Shown here: one piece after another, positions 14,468 through 30,755 of the stretch
How the letters are laid out: the number at the start of each line of letters is the position of its first letter
Numbering within the stretch: position 1 is the stretch's first letter
NCBI GenBank assembly: GCA_964016885.1
Contig: OZ024750.1
Span: forward strand, 48,732,001-48,796,000
DNA: 64,000 bases
DNA from: Eledone cirrhosa
Lineage: Eukaryota
Direction: 5' to 3'
Translations under genes and position numbers: made by a program
The notes under the pieces: generated by a model
The model's database searches: none
What the model saw: the letters and a program-made list of their open reading frames with translations, nothing else
Told to the model about the DNA's origin: nothing

Positions 14468-15335
14468 TTAAGAGACATTTTCCTACATCACACAAATACC
14501 ACAAAATCCTAAACCCTACCACTATAAGACTGTCATACTCTACAGCGTTAAACCTTGAACAACACATAAAAAAGATCAATACTAGAAGGTTAAACGAAAA
14601 CACTAAGAACTTAAGTACAAAGAACACAAAAAAAAACAGTAGACAATACACTACAGAACATAAATAAACCACACCTAAGTTCGTCCGCAATACTACTCCA
14701 GAGAAAACCCAACGTACACAACTGTAACTGCACCTATCCTATCCTGACAACTGCCCCTCGGCAATAACTGCCTGGAAAAAATATTATTTATGAGTGTACC
14801 ATTAAATCCGGAGGCAACGAGTGGTATTACGTGGGATCAACGGCAACATCGTTTAAATCTCGATTATATAGGCATTCTTACTCAATAAAACACCAGAGCC
14901 AAAGAAATGTAACAACTTTAGCAGAAAAAGCTTGGACGCTCAGGGATAGCGATCAAAAGTTTACCCTAAAATGGGAGAAATTAGCTAAAACCCAAAGCTT
15001 TTCCAGGAGCCAAAATGTCTGCAAATTGTGTAATCTTGAGATTTATTACATAATCACACACAAGAAGAAATTGCTGAATAACAGAATTGGACGAACATTA
15101 TTCTGCCGTCACAGAACTAAAACCCTTTTTTCCCCACTACAAGCCGAGTATTACATAAAAGAGGGACATCCCCCCAACTATATAAACCTCAATCTAGTTA
15201 GAAAAATATAAAAGCAATCTCTTCTCAACATATATTAATAACCTTAAATTACCACACTAATAATGGAAAGATATGCTGATGAGAATATGTGCAAATATGC
15301 GATAATGAATGTGTCTAAAACCGTCCATAAGTATG
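14468..15335 (+). pseudogene. Naiad-type PLE 3' fragment (linker plus GIY-YIG EN) with a degenerate HHR near 15273-15329
   Basis: KRHFPTSHKYHKILNPTTIRLSYS; YVGSTATSFKSRLYRH; W..CKLCNLE..NNR..CRHR. Downstream tatg-CTGATGA..AAAAccgTC-cata. Confidence 0.85.
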
Positions 15336-15440
15336 TATATATATGTGAAAATATATATAAATAAATAAATATATATATATGTTTGATGTGTATAGTTAGA
15401 TGTAAGTGTATTCATGTATTAAAGTGCTTATATATATATG

Positions 15441-15474
<34 letters not shown>

Positions 15475-16025
15475 TAGATGTGTATGTATATGTATATATG
15501 TACACATAGACTAGAGTATGTAAGTATATATGTGTGTGTCTATACGTGTGTATATAAAGATAAGTTGAGTATGAAAATGTATACACATGAACGTGTATGT
15601 ATGTACATGAATACATGTGTGTATATATATATGTATGCATGTGTATATGTATGTAAGTATGAACATGTTACTATGTGAATGTGAGTATATGTATTTTGTA
15701 GAGGTGTGCAAATATATTTGTGTGTGAATGCGTGGGTGAAAGGATACGTACACTTGAAAGAAAAATTTAAGTCTGAATGTTAATTAAGTGCAAACACAAA
15801 ATCAACCACGCATATCTTTACTATCTTTAATCCTTCTATAGATTTAGAAAAATAACCAATCATATATTCTATAAAAATGTCAAAACAACAGATGGGAATC
15901 TAATTACTCACTGCCACCAAAAATTCTCACTGCTATCAAAAAACCACTCCCTCAACTATTCTTCTAACAACTTCACCCCTCCCTCCTAATATTCTGTATA
16001 AAAACCAAATAGGTCCTCAGTAATA

Positions 16026-16146
16026 TTATTCTGATGAAATGACAGTAAATAATAACATTGAAATATTGAATGTCTGCATAACTAAAACTTTGTAGATAGC
16101 AGCTGTTTTCAGGATATGTAACTGTTATAGAAACACGTGTCAATAA
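16026..16146 (+). ncRNA. Type I hammerhead motif with a long stem II insertion
   Basis: ttatt-CTGATGA-a-atgacagt..(about 75 nt)..actgttat-a-GAAA-cacgtg-TC-aataa. Palindromic stem III ACACGTGT, GUC cleavage triplet. Confidence 0.7.
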
Positions 16147-16180
16147 ATTCCTTTCAACTAAACTGTATCCATTCAAATCT

Positions 16181-16255
<75 letters not shown>

Positions 16256-16271
16256 CATATATACATATATA

Positions 16272-16955
<684 letters not shown>

Positions 16956-16972
16956 ATATATATATATATATA

Positions 16973-18622
16973 TAGGAAAATGTATGACCCTGACGGCAGA
17001 GCTCAAGCCGTTTCGACGGCTATTTCTGGATTAAATAATATTTTTTAGCCTGGTGAATAAATAGCCGAACTTGTCAAGAGAGTACTTCCTTATATGGGAA
17101 GATTGTAGTTGTCAAGATGATTGTTTAAAAGTTGTTGTAAACACAAATAGGTCTATCATGGCATTTGGCGGGAGGTAAGGGTGGCTGAACTTGCCTGTAG
17201 AACAATAGGAGTGTGAGTGAAGCGGTCAAACTTTGAAAGTGATATGTATACAGCAGATTCTAAGGTTAATGTATGAAGTGGAGGAGGGAGGTTTTAGAAT
17301 AGGTAAATCGAATGAGAGTAGGACACAATAAAAGATAATAGAAAAAAAATATATATAGTGAGAAATGAATAAAAAAATCACAATGCTATCTTACAATTAC
17401 AGGTTAACAATAGAAACAACTTGTAGAAATTGAGTAGTACCAAAATTAAAGGGGTTTAACACGTCTGCTATAAGTAGTTAGTAAAACGTATTCGGCCAAT
17501 TCTATCTTAAAATTACAGGGGTAGGGAACTGATGCTACAGAGGCCCGAGGGGCTGCATCGGGGTAGGCGAATGGGGAAAAACAGAGGAGGACGAATATAG
17601 GGGGTGGAAGGAAGTCATAAGATGAGACAGAGGGAAGAAGAAGACAAAGAGGAAAAGAAAAGAAAGGAGATACATCTACGTAAGTAAGCTGGGGTTTCCC
17701 CTAACTTATTCGGCAAGTTGGGTAGGGTGTATCAGCCCTTGTCTACCCACCCGGGACGTTATGGGGTTTGAGGGCGAGGTAAGTTCTACGGAATATCGTA
17801 TAAGCATTTATGTAGTTTTTATTAGAATTTATGTATCGTAGCGGTACTCTTATATATCGTATTAGTATTCATTTTCGGGATTCTGAATTATTATTTCGTA
17901 TTAGTTTTGGGACTCTGAATTATTATTTCGTAGTAGTTTCTTTAGTATTTTGGCCCCCTACTTGTTGACCTGTCACTGTAAGATAGATTTGGACGATTAC
18001 TACTAACTCATAAAATTATTTCACTACAATTTCGTATGTAGTATTCCGTCCCACCTATTAAACTTTTCTATAGTTTAGCAGTACCAGTGAGAGACTTGAT
18101 GTTGTGGTAGGGGAATAGTAAACAGAAATTGTTTTTTTTATATTTTAACATTCTTATTATTCTTCTATATATTTACTCCATATTGATTTACTTATTGTTT
18201 CGACTTCCTCCCCTTCCCCCTCCCTAATATACTTCTCTTGACCTCTTATCATTGGGATCCTGCTGTAGTTGGCACTATCAACGCACGACTGGGTTTCCTC
18301 CACTTCCTCTCCCTCTTTCTTCTACTGACAAGTTAAGCTACCCATTCCTTCCACAAAATGCCATGATAGAATTATGTGTCTCAACAACAAAATTTTGACC
18401 AATCCTTGTGACAATCACTTTTACCATATATGGAACCCCCTGACAAGCTCGGCTATTCATGTACCAGGATAAACATTTTCATTTAGTCCAGAATTAGCCG
18501 TCGAAACGGCATGAGCTCACATGTCGGGGTCCTACTCGTTCCTATTACCCACTCAACTACACTAAGTATTGAGTACTTTGGTGCGTTGTGGTCCATCTGG
18601 TTCCTTACCACATTTCCTTCGT
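16973..18622. mobile_element. Fold-back PLE derivative with diverged arms (about 16973-17230 and 18290-18545, tail to 18622), each arm with an HHR-like motif
   Basis: Right arm cccc-CTGACAA-g..tagccgtc-GAAA-cggcatgagctcacat-GTC-gggg. Left arm minus TTGACAA..GAAA-cggcttgagctctgcc-GTC. Confidence 0.75.
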
Positions 18623-18639
18623 TATATATATATATATTA

Positions 18640-18785
18640 TCAAGAATACGAAAAATCAGTGATGCATCTGGACTTAGTTTATTTCGTGTTACAAATGTTT
18701 CGCCGGCATGTAGCTCGAGTCATGGTCCTTGAATGGATCTGGCTGATTCTACTTCTGCGGGTTCTTTCAGACATGTATTTTATGT
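18640..18785 (-). mobile_element. PLE terminal fragment with HHR-like motif; same family as 52690-52948
   Basis: Minus strand tgt-CTGAAAGA..gccggc-GAAA-catttg-TA-aca. Shares cgaaaaatcag.gatgcatct.gact with 52702. Confidence 0.6.
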
Positions 18786-19312
18786 CCGGAGCACATTTTA
18801 TCACTGGGGTGTTGTTATCAAAACAACTCCTCAAAAAACCTTATTTCCACTCTTGTCATGCCATTGGCTGTTTTTACTCCACGGCATCACAAGTTCTGAT
18901 AAGTATCTGCTGCCACACGGTTCATCAACTATTTTCCGTCCGACATATTTCAATGGAGTCATGCTGGCTTCAGTACCTCACACGTCTGCTCACACTTCAG
19001 AGTAAGCACCCACACATACTAGAATAAACACATAGTAACACACACATATATATACTGAGACATACAACTATCTATGCATTCACAATCGTACATCTACATG
19101 CTCAGACACCCACACCGCCACATACATACATCGCAGTATATATACTCACACACCCTCTCCCCCATGGGCCCAGTCAGACACACTTGTTGATACATGCCGC
19201 CACGAGTCTTCTGACTGTTCTGTATCAATTGGGTAAGCATGTCATATTGAAACGTACACATATATACATACACATGCGCGCACGCACACATACGGCCAAC
19301 TTTCTATACATT

Positions 19313-19351
<39 letters not shown>

Positions 19352-19450
19352 GCTCATACACGCATATATACATACGCACATACATTCACATAGATACATA
19401 TATACGCATATGAGCATACACAGATATACATACACACCTAGGATATTTTC

Positions 19451-19503
19451 ATTCTGATAAATGAAAGTAAATATCGTTCGCTTTCAAGAAACCATTGGTA
19501 AAT
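19451..19503 (+). ncRNA. Degenerate hammerhead-like motif
   Basis: att-CTGATAA-a-tgaaag..ctttca-a-GAAA-ccattgg-TA-aat. G8A change is not compensated. Confidence 0.45.
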
Positions 19504-20062
19504 TACACAACTATCCTATGTGTTCATTACATAACTATATGTATATATATATACATATATACACACACATACATACATACACACACACATATACACAAAC
19601 GTAAACTCACACATGTCCACACATACGTACGAACACATGCGTACATACACATTTCCTTCACACTTATCTACACATACACACACATATATATATATATTTG
19701 TTTATATAAGTATATATATATAGATATACACACACAAAAGAAAAAGAAAAAGGAAAAAGGACAACTACACATGCATACGCATATCCACACATATGCATAG
19801 AAATACCCACGCATAGGCCGAACTACATACATATAAAACATGCGTGCGCATACATGCTGCGGCATGCATACACATGCACGCATGCACATCTGCCTACCCA
19901 CACAGAAGTGCCACCACATATACATGTACATATATAAACACACCTGTAAGTAAACAGTTGAAAATAAGTTATGCAATAAAAAACAGTATAATAACATAAG
20001 ACTGGATAATAACATAAGAAAAATATACAATGACATATAATATACAATGTGGTATATATATG

Positions 20063-20098
<36 letters not shown>

Positions 20099-21524
20099 AT
20101 GTAGGAGGTGAGTTTTATTGTAGTACAATAAAGCAATGCAGATATCGGATAAGAAGCACTCTACAGTATGTGGGACTGGAGTATGCATAATATAAGATCA
20201 AAAGATGGTTAAAGGAGTTCAATATATTTTATTATGCGCATTTCAAAAACAAACATCATCAAACAATAATATTTGTGTTTTCATCAGATAAAACAGGAGA
20301 ACATGATATGAAGGCTAAAAAAACACTTGTTGATAGTGCAGTTTTAAATCAACATATGAAAAGTGGTTTTAGATTGATGTGTGATATTGGGAAAAATATT
20401 TTATTTAGAGAGGGGGGGAGAGAAAAGGATGAAAAGGGAAGGAGATGAGAGGGAGAGATGGGTGATAGAGAGAAAGAGATAGTTTTTATAACTGAGAGGA
20501 GATATATTTTATATAGAGGGGTTGAAAACCGTTGGAAGATACTGTATAAATTAAAAATTTTGAAAATTAACGAAGGGAGGATATGTGCGAGGAAAAAATA
20601 TATTATATTTAGGGAGGGGTGGGGGTGGAAAGGATGAAAAAAAGGGGAGGAGATGAGAGTGAAGGTGGAAAGGGAGAGATGGGTGATAGAGAGAAAGAGA
20701 TAGTTTTTATAACTGAGAAAAAGATATAGAGAGGTTGGGAACCGTTGGAAGATAATGTATAAATTAAAGGAATTTGAAAATTAACGAAGGGAAATTATGT
20801 ATGGAGATAGAGAGAAAAAAATAACGAAGGGAAATTATGTATGGAGATAGAGAGAAAAAAATAATAATTGTGGGTGAATATTCTAACGTCAAAAGAAGAA
20901 ATGTAGGAATTTTAAAATTAGCAAAGAGAAAAAGTTTATGTGTAGAAGGATTTGAGAAAAATAATGTGAAGTTAAAGTTTTTATATTGAATTCATATGTA
21001 TTAATAATGAGTTCGTTGATGGGGAGAAAAAAATAATAATAAATTAAGGATGAGATTGAGATTAAAAAGATTTATGATAGAGAGAAAAAATAATAATGAT
21101 TGCGGATGAATACTCAAAATGTCAAAAACAAATGTTATTGTTTTACGAGGAGATATAATGAGGGTGATGAGTAAACGGGTATTATAGAGTGTATAATGCC
21201 CTTTAAAGTAAGGTAGATGGGTATATTTTAAAGAATATATGAGTATATATTAAAAAAAATATATATATAATAATAAATTAAGGATGAAATTGAGATTAAA
21301 AAGATTTATGATAGAGGGAAAAAAATAATAATGATTGCGGATGAATATTCAAAATGTCAAAAACAAATGTTATTGTTTTACGAGAAGATAGGATGAGGGT
21401 AATGAGTAAACGAGTATTATAGAGTGTATAATGCCCTTTAAAGTAAGGTAGATGGGTATATTTTAAAGAGGTGTATGTATATGTGCCTTTGAGAAAAGAT
21501 TCTAAATTGATAAAGAATTGAATA

Positions 21525-22238
21525 TTAACTGTATACTTTGTGAAAAGTTCTATGGAATGTATGCAGGCAGATGGAAAACAAATCCGAGCGTCTATTTATT
21601 ATGGATTCTAGGTTAGAGATAATGGTAAATTTTTCATTTAGGCAGAGATTACAGATTTTAGATAGAGAGCTGTTCAAGTACGAGGATGCAGAAGAAATCT
21701 TTTTCCAAAAGATGTTATATTTAATGTTTTTGTCTTTTAAGGACCATATGAGTTCTGAGAGAGCAGTGTTAGTTCTTTTAAGTTTGTATTTGAAAGATGA
21801 ATGATGATTATAGAGACGAGCTTTAAAAGAGGTGGAAGTGGAGCCAAAATAGGTGAAGGAATTGGTGCTAGTTATAATTTTACATTCATAAATTAAGTTT
21901 TTATCGAGGCAATGGTTGTTGAGAGGACATTTATTTTTAATGCGGCAGTTGCAATTAGAAAGATTATTAATGAGTGATCTAGTGTTATCTATAGAAGGAA
22001 TTGGATTGGAGAAGTTGTTTGCGATAGGAATAATAGGAATAATAGTTTCTTGATTTAGAGTTGGATTATGAACATTTAGCGAAGTTGTGTTTGACGTTGC
22101 ATTTGGGTTTACAGAAGTTAGCCTAGGGTTTACAATGACGTCAGGAGTACTATTATTGTTATTATGAGATTCAATATTGGAAGGAAGAGATTTAGTATTT
22201 AATATTTTGTTGTTGTGTTTAGAGATGATGTTGGAAAT
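21525..22238 (-). pseudogene. 5'-truncated Naiad-type GIY-YIG endonuclease reading frame, open to its natural stop
   Basis: CNCRIKNKCPLNNHC..IYEC..YFGST..FKARLYNHHSSF..TALSELIW..W..CNLCLNEK..NRRSDL..CLH. Confidence 0.85.
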
Positions 22239-22951
22239 ATTTCCAACATCATCTCTAAACACAACAACAAAATATTAAATACTAAATCTCTTCCTTCCAA
22301 TATTGAATCTCATAATAACAATAATAGTACTCCTGACGTCATTGTAAACCCTAGGCTAACTTCTGTAAACCCAAATGCAACGTCAAACACAACTTCGCTA
22401 AATGTTCATAATCCAACTCTAAATCAAGAAACTATTATTCCTATTATTCCTATCGCAAACAACTTCTCCAATCCAATTCCTTCTATAGATAACACTAGAT
22501 CACTCATTAATAATCTTTCTAATTGCAACTGCCGCATTAAAAATAAATGTCCTCTCAACAACCATTGCCTCGATAAAAACTTAATTTATGAATGTAAAAT
22601 TATAACTAGCACCAATTCCTTCACCTATTTTGGCTCCACTTCCACCTCTTTTAAAGCTCGTCTCTATAATCATCATTCATCTTTCAAATACAAACTTAAA
22701 AGAACTAACACTGCTCTCTCAGAACTCATATGGTCCTTAAAAGACAAAAACATTAAATATAACATCTTTTGGAAAAAGATTTCTTCTGCATCCTCGTACT
22801 TGAACAGCTCTCTATCTAAAATCTGTAATCTCTGCCTAAATGAAAAATTTACCATTATCTCTAACCTAGAATCCATAATAAATAGACGCTCGGATTTGTT
22901 TTCCATCTTGCCTGCATAAATTCCATAGAACTTTTCACAAAGTATACAGTT
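22239..22951 (+). pseudogene. Mirror copy of the GIY-YIG frame with a 1-nt insertion near the C-terminus
   Basis: catcttgcctgcataaatt here vs catctgcctgcatacatt in the other arm. Confidence 0.85.
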
Positions 22952-24184
22952 AATATTCAATTCTTTATCAATTTAGAATCTTTTCTCAAAGGCACATATA
23001 CATACACCTCTTTAAAATATACCCATCTACCTTACTTTAAAGGGCATTATACACTCTATAATACTCGTTTACTCATTACCCTCATCCTATCTTCTCGTAA
23101 AACAATAACATTTGTTTTTGACATTTTGAATATTCATCCGCAATCATTATTATTTTTTTCCCTCTATCATAAATCTTTTTAATCTCAATTTCATCCTTAA
23201 TTTATTATTATATATATATTTTTTTTAATATATACTCATATATTCTTTAAAATATACCCATCTACCTTACTTTAAAGGGCATTATACACTCTATAATACC
23301 CGTTTACTCATCACCCTCATTATATCTCCTCGTAAAACAATAACATTTGTTTTTGACATTTTGAGTATTCATCCGCAATCATTATTATTTTTTCTCTCTA
23401 TCATAAATCTTTTTAATCTCAATCTCATCCTTAATTTATTATTATTTTTTTCTCCCCATCAACGAACTCATTATTAATACATATGAATTCAATATAAAAA
23501 CTTTAACTTCACATTATTTTTCTCAAATCCTTCTACACATAAACTTTTTCTCTTTGCTAATTTTAAAATTCCTACATTTCTTCTTTTGACGTTAGAATAT
23601 TCACCCACAATTATTATTTTTTTCTCTCTATCTCCATACATAATTTCCCTTCGTTATTTTTTTCTCTCTATCTCCATACATAATTTCCCTTCGTTAATTT
23701 TCAAATTCCTTTAATTTATACATTATCTTCCAACGGTTCCCAACCTCTCTATATCTTTTTCTCAGTTATAAAAACTATCTCTTTCTCTCTATCACCCATC
23801 TCTCCCTTTCCACCTTCACTCTCATCTCCTCCCCTTTTTTTCATCCTTTCCACCCCCACCCCTCCCTAAATATAATATATTTTTTCCTCGCACATATCCT
23901 CCCTTCGTTAATTTTCAAAATTTTTAATTTATACAGTATCTTCCAACGGTTTTCAACCCCTCTATATAAAATATATCTCCTCTCAGTTATAAAAACTATC
24001 TCTTTCTCTCTATCACCCATCTCTCCCTCTCATCTCCTTCCCTTTTCATCCTTTTCTCTCCCCCCCTCTCTAAATAAAATATTTTTCCCAATATCACACA
24101 TCAATCTAAAACCACTTTTCATATGTTGATTTAAAACTGCACTATCAACAAGTGTTTTTTTAGCCTTCATATCATGTTCTCCTG

Positions 24185-24251
24185 TTTTATCTGATGAAAA
24201 CACAAATATTATTGTTTGATGATGTTTGTTTTTGAAATGCGCATAATAAAA
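24185..24251 (+). ncRNA. Type I hammerhead ribozyme motif (mirror 20227-20293 minus; third copy about 27587-27654 minus)
   Basis: ttttat-CTGATGA-aaac..gttttt-GAAA-tgcgca-TA-ataaaa. 6-bp stem I, palindromic stem III ATGCGCAT. Confidence 0.8.
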
Positions 24252-24281
24252 TATATTGAACTCCTTTAACCATCTTTTGAT

Positions 24282-24335
<54 letters not shown>

Positions 24336-24338
24336 TAT

Positions 24339-24896
24339 GGTGGCTGCCAACTCGTTTTCGAGTACGGCCACTACTTTATATCCATGTAGGAGAACCCCTA
24401 CCGATGCGCTGAAAGAATGTGACTTTTTAGTCCAGCCAGCGACTTGAAAACTCTGGTACAAAGACTACACTTGTGACCATAATTGACACATAGTGCAGGG
24501 CCCATGGTACCATGTGATGACAAGTGCAGAGAGATCTCCAGATATAAAGCAATGCCTGTGCTGTGAAGCTTTTATAGTGAGCAAAGGCACTGCACAAAGC
24601 CAGTACCACTCTCTTAACCAAGATGATATTTACCAAAAAGAAGAACAAGTCAACATCATTGGATACCATCAGGGTTGCAGGTGTTATATCAGAGTTTTCC
24701 TTCTCCTAGAATTCTGCCTTGACAAAGGCTAAGGGGTCATCTCTCCCGGTGATTTTGGATGGCTATTGAGTCTTAAGAGCTTCCTTGCCCTTTGACAGGT
24801 TTTGTTTTTAGTCCTGCAGGATGTCCAAAGTCACCCTCCTCACCAAGAAACCTTGGTGGGGTTGCCAGTTTAGTCGCCAACGACCCGACCATGAGT
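24339..24896 (-). mobile_element. 5' fragment (UTR and possible start of APE) of an RTE-like LINE
   Basis: Shares gtgaggagggtga.tttggaca.cctgc..gac.aaaaaca.a.cctg.caaa.ggg with the 5' end of the LINE at 36770-36868. Confidence 0.5.
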
Positions 24897-24905
24897 TATA
24901 TATAT

Positions 24906-24944
<39 letters not shown>

Positions 24945-25776
24945 CATATATACATACATATATACCCCTATTATACATATATACACACATATACACAGAC
25001 GCACACGCACACAGATTCATACGTACATATACACATATACACGTGTATGCATAGAGGGTATGTGATAAAATAATACAACATGAATAATAATACTAATGAA
25101 AAAAACATATATAGTCCATATATAAACATCCGCACACATGCCCAAGAGATGCACATAAACACATACATGTATGCACAAATACATATACACAGATATAGAG
25201 CCCCGTGAATGCATGCACCTGCACCCACACACACAACGACATATATACACACATACACATCCACACATATGTACACACAGTGACCCCCCCACACACACAC
25301 CTACTCATATGTGGCTATACGTACTTACTCACTCATACACATATAGACATATATATATATTTATACACATATATGCTCACATATAGACACAAGTATACCC
25401 CCCCCCCCCACACACACACAGACATACACCCACATTCTGCCAAACATGTATATATATATGTGCACATGTCTGCACGTACTGGAGTGTGTGTATGGGCATG
25501 GGTGCGTGGGTGTACGAGCTTATGCGCGCATGTACGTGCAGTCATGTGCAATGGACATATTTACTAATTAGAGGGTAAATATTACTAGTTAGTAAGGTAA
25601 ATATGTCCATTGTCGGCCATCTTGTTACCCATAGGCAGATCTCACACAATGCAGCCTCGACAGAAAAATACTGCTCGACTATGGCAGACAATAGATATAC
25701 CCAGGACACCATAGTGAAATACCAATATATGGAACATTACATTCATGTAACATTCTTTCCTTATTTTAATTTATAT

Positions 25777-25908
25777 TCCGTTTGAATTTCCGATGAGCTG
25801 CTCTAATTATACCTAAGTTAATTCATTTCAACTGAACCAGATCAATAATGATCTATAATCATTTGATCCAGAAATATTATATGGAGTAGCGAAACAATTG
25901 TAAACGGA
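25777..25908 (+). ncRNA. Hammerhead-like motif with a long stem II loop and a U4C change
   Basis: tccgtt..CCGATGA-gctgctc..(about 80 nt)..gagtagc-GAAA-caattg-TA-aacgga. Confidence 0.55.
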
Positions 25909-26032
25909 CTTTATTATTATTAATATTATTATTGTTATTCTCTACATTCCTTACATGAAACTAAAATATGTTAACAATATTTTAATGACTTCCTTGTGAA
26001 ATTTGTGGTCTTGTTTTGCTTAACTAATGAAT

Positions 26033-26183
<151 letters not shown>

Positions 26184-27495
26184 AGATATTTCGGCATATT
26201 TTTTGCACTTCTTCCCTCTTCCACTAGAAGGCTTGTCTTGCTTCTAAATCAGAAATCGATCTTATTAACAAGGGAAATCTTATCAACAGGCCGTTACAAG
26301 TTCGGACAAAAGATTTGCCATCTTTTTTGCCACTAAACATTCGCTTATTGTCTTACACCATTGTGGGGTCGATAAATACAAAGTACCCCCCCCCCCCAAA
26401 CCCCCCGAAAAATATTATTTCCATTATGGTAATGTTAGACATTATTAAAATCAGTATATGACTATTGATAAACCGTTTATCAAAGTATTTGGCCTGATGC
26501 CAATATATGATTATTATTTCTATTTCTGATGATTAATGCAATGGTAATACTGCAACAACAGATGCACTAGCATGCACTTCGATTTTTTTGCTGAATCATT
26601 ATGCAATTGTCGTATGAGTTGCCCACATTTTGCTGACGCTGTAAATATTCGTTAGTGAATATTGTTTTATTGGTAGCATTTTGGTTCTTCTATAATAATA
26701 TATAACACCGAAAAAATAACATTTCTTAAAATGTCTTTCATAAATTATATTACAGCATATGTAATTACATTATCATAGAGACATCAGATGTGAAATATGT
26801 AGAGTGAACCTAACATAATCGCGTTGGAGCTTTTTACATAACATCAAATCTGTTGAAAAGTACATATAATATGTAATATTAAATCTTTGCAGAGATGGGA
26901 ATCCCAATATAGTATTATGTTTTGTTCTCATTTCTGTAGCCAATATATGCATTCCCATGCAACGCACATAAATCTCATGGCACGTAATCTACTTATAATA
27001 TCTATAGCAAATTAATTGTACATTATATATTTAATGTTTACCAATATGGGCGTTAGTTTATCATCATCAATAAAAGAACACTGCATGTTTTTCCATTCAT
27101 GTATCTATTTATAGATATATATATATAGTTTTTTAATTCGTATTGCAAGATTTCTCATCAGAAAACTTGTGTTCAAACAGACGTTGTTATACGTTGGGAG
27201 GGTCAGGCTTCGTGTGTTTTTAGCTTGACTCTCATAAAGTAAAAGAATATATAAATACATACACACACACACATATATATATATATATGTGTGTATAAAT
27301 CTTTTCCTGAGTCCTGTATTTTCGTTGCTGTGGGAATGCGGCTGGACTGCCGATCGCTATAATTCATTTGCTAAGCTGTCTAAAGGTATTGTTATTACTC
27401 TGGGGTACTATGCCCATCCGAGTGCTAAAGCTACATACCGAATTTGCATTCGTTAGCTTGGCGGCAAACTAAAGCTTCGTTGGTGCTGTACTAAA

Positions 27496-27552
<57 letters not shown>

Positions 27553-27554
<2 letters not shown>

Positions 27555-27767
27555 TAGAACAAAAGATGGTTAAAAGAGTTCCATGTATTTTATTATGCGC
27601 ATTTCAAAAACAAATATCATCATGCAATAATATTTGTGTTTTCATCAGATAAAACAGGAAGACATGATATGAAGGTTAAAAAACACTTGTGGATAGTTCA
27701 GTTTTAAATCAACAGTTTTAAATCAACATCTGCAATGCTTTATTGTACTACAATAAAACTCACCTCC

Positions 27768-27771
<4 letters not shown>
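27553..27771. mobile_element. Mini derivative of the 20100-24288 family: inverted HHR arm fused to the distal tail
   Basis: 27560-27712 matches 20197-20352. 27728-27771 is the reverse complement of about 20100-20143. (TA)n on both sides. Confidence 0.8.
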
Positions 27772-27808
<37 letters not shown>

Positions 27809-27809
27809 G

Positions 27810-29588
<1,779 letters not shown>

Positions 29589-29808
29589 TTATGTTTTTTG
29601 ACATTATTCTCCTTCATTTCATAGTCGTCTTTCCTGTACTTTAAACTCATATTCATAATTTGATTGTTCTTCCGCATTATTGTTTTTTATCCCATTGTGT
29701 TGTTCTCGTCACACATACACGTTCACATACAAAACACGCACACACACACACACACATATACGCGCGCGCACACATACACACACACACATACATACACACA
29801 CAAATATT

Positions 29809-29844
<36 letters not shown>

Positions 29845-30479
29845 CAATATATTAATAAATGGAAACTATATTTATAAAACAATAATTATTTTTTTTATAT
29901 ATACTTCAAGAACGACCAAGGTAAATTGTGGTACGCTTTCATCAGATAAAATACAGATTTGTTTTATAAATAAATATTGACATACCCGGGAAAAGAAAAC
30001 CTCAACGGTTGAAATTCGCTGGATAGTGGAGATAATTGAGGCAGATACAAATGTGTAAGTGAGTATGCAAATAAGTGTCGGAAAAATTTAAAAAAGCAAC
30101 GGTTTATTTAAATTAAACTGTTGGGAGAAAATAGATGTAAAAGGGAGAGAGACAAAAAATGGAGAGTGAGAGCGATAAAGAGATAAACATTTGAGAGGGA
30201 GAGAGATAGAGAGAAAAAAATACATATTGAAAGGGTGGGAGATTGAATAGTGATATGCGAGAGAGAAGAGAATAGAAAGAGAAAGATAGAGACAGAAGAA
30301 AAATAGAAAAGCTATAATATTGAGAGAGAGTGAAGGAAAGAACAAATAATTGAGATGAGAGAGAAAGAAAAAAGTATTGATAGGGAGAGAGAAAAGAATG
30401 TTGAAAAAAAATAGTGAAAAAAGAGGGAGAAAGAGTAGTGAGAGGGAGAGAAAAGAAAGAGAAAGAGAGAGAAGTTCAA

Positions 30480-30755
30480 TAACCATAATGTTCCTTTACG
30501 AACATTACCAAGAAATCTTCAACTTCTCTATCCAACTTATTATGTAATTTAAAATCTAAGAATATAAACTACACTTTATCTTGGAATATTGTCTCCAAAG
30601 CACCGTGCTACACAGCTCTATCAAAATTGTATAGCCTTTGTGTAGAGGAAATATTCTTTATACTAAAATCTAAGAACTCTGTTAATCTGCGGAATAATTT
30701 ACTTAGTTCTTGTAAACATCGGTTAACCTCAACTTTTAGATATATATATAAAATG
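30480..30755 (+). pseudogene. Naiad-type GIY-YIG C-terminal fragment (not in the ORF track)
   Basis: Manual translation: STSLSNLLCNLKSKNINYTLSWNIVSKAPCY..SLCVEEIFFILKS..VNLRNNLLSSCKHR. Confidence 0.7.

Larger units (their letters stand above)
20100..24288. mobile_element. Giant spacer-less palindromic Naiad-type PLE (arms 20190-22238 and 22239-24288, extra tail 20100-20190) between (TA)n tracts
   Basis: Centre ggaaat|atttcc at 22238/22239. The mirror ORFs 21525..22262(-) and 22215..22919(+) are identical except at the C-terminus. Confidence 0.9.
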
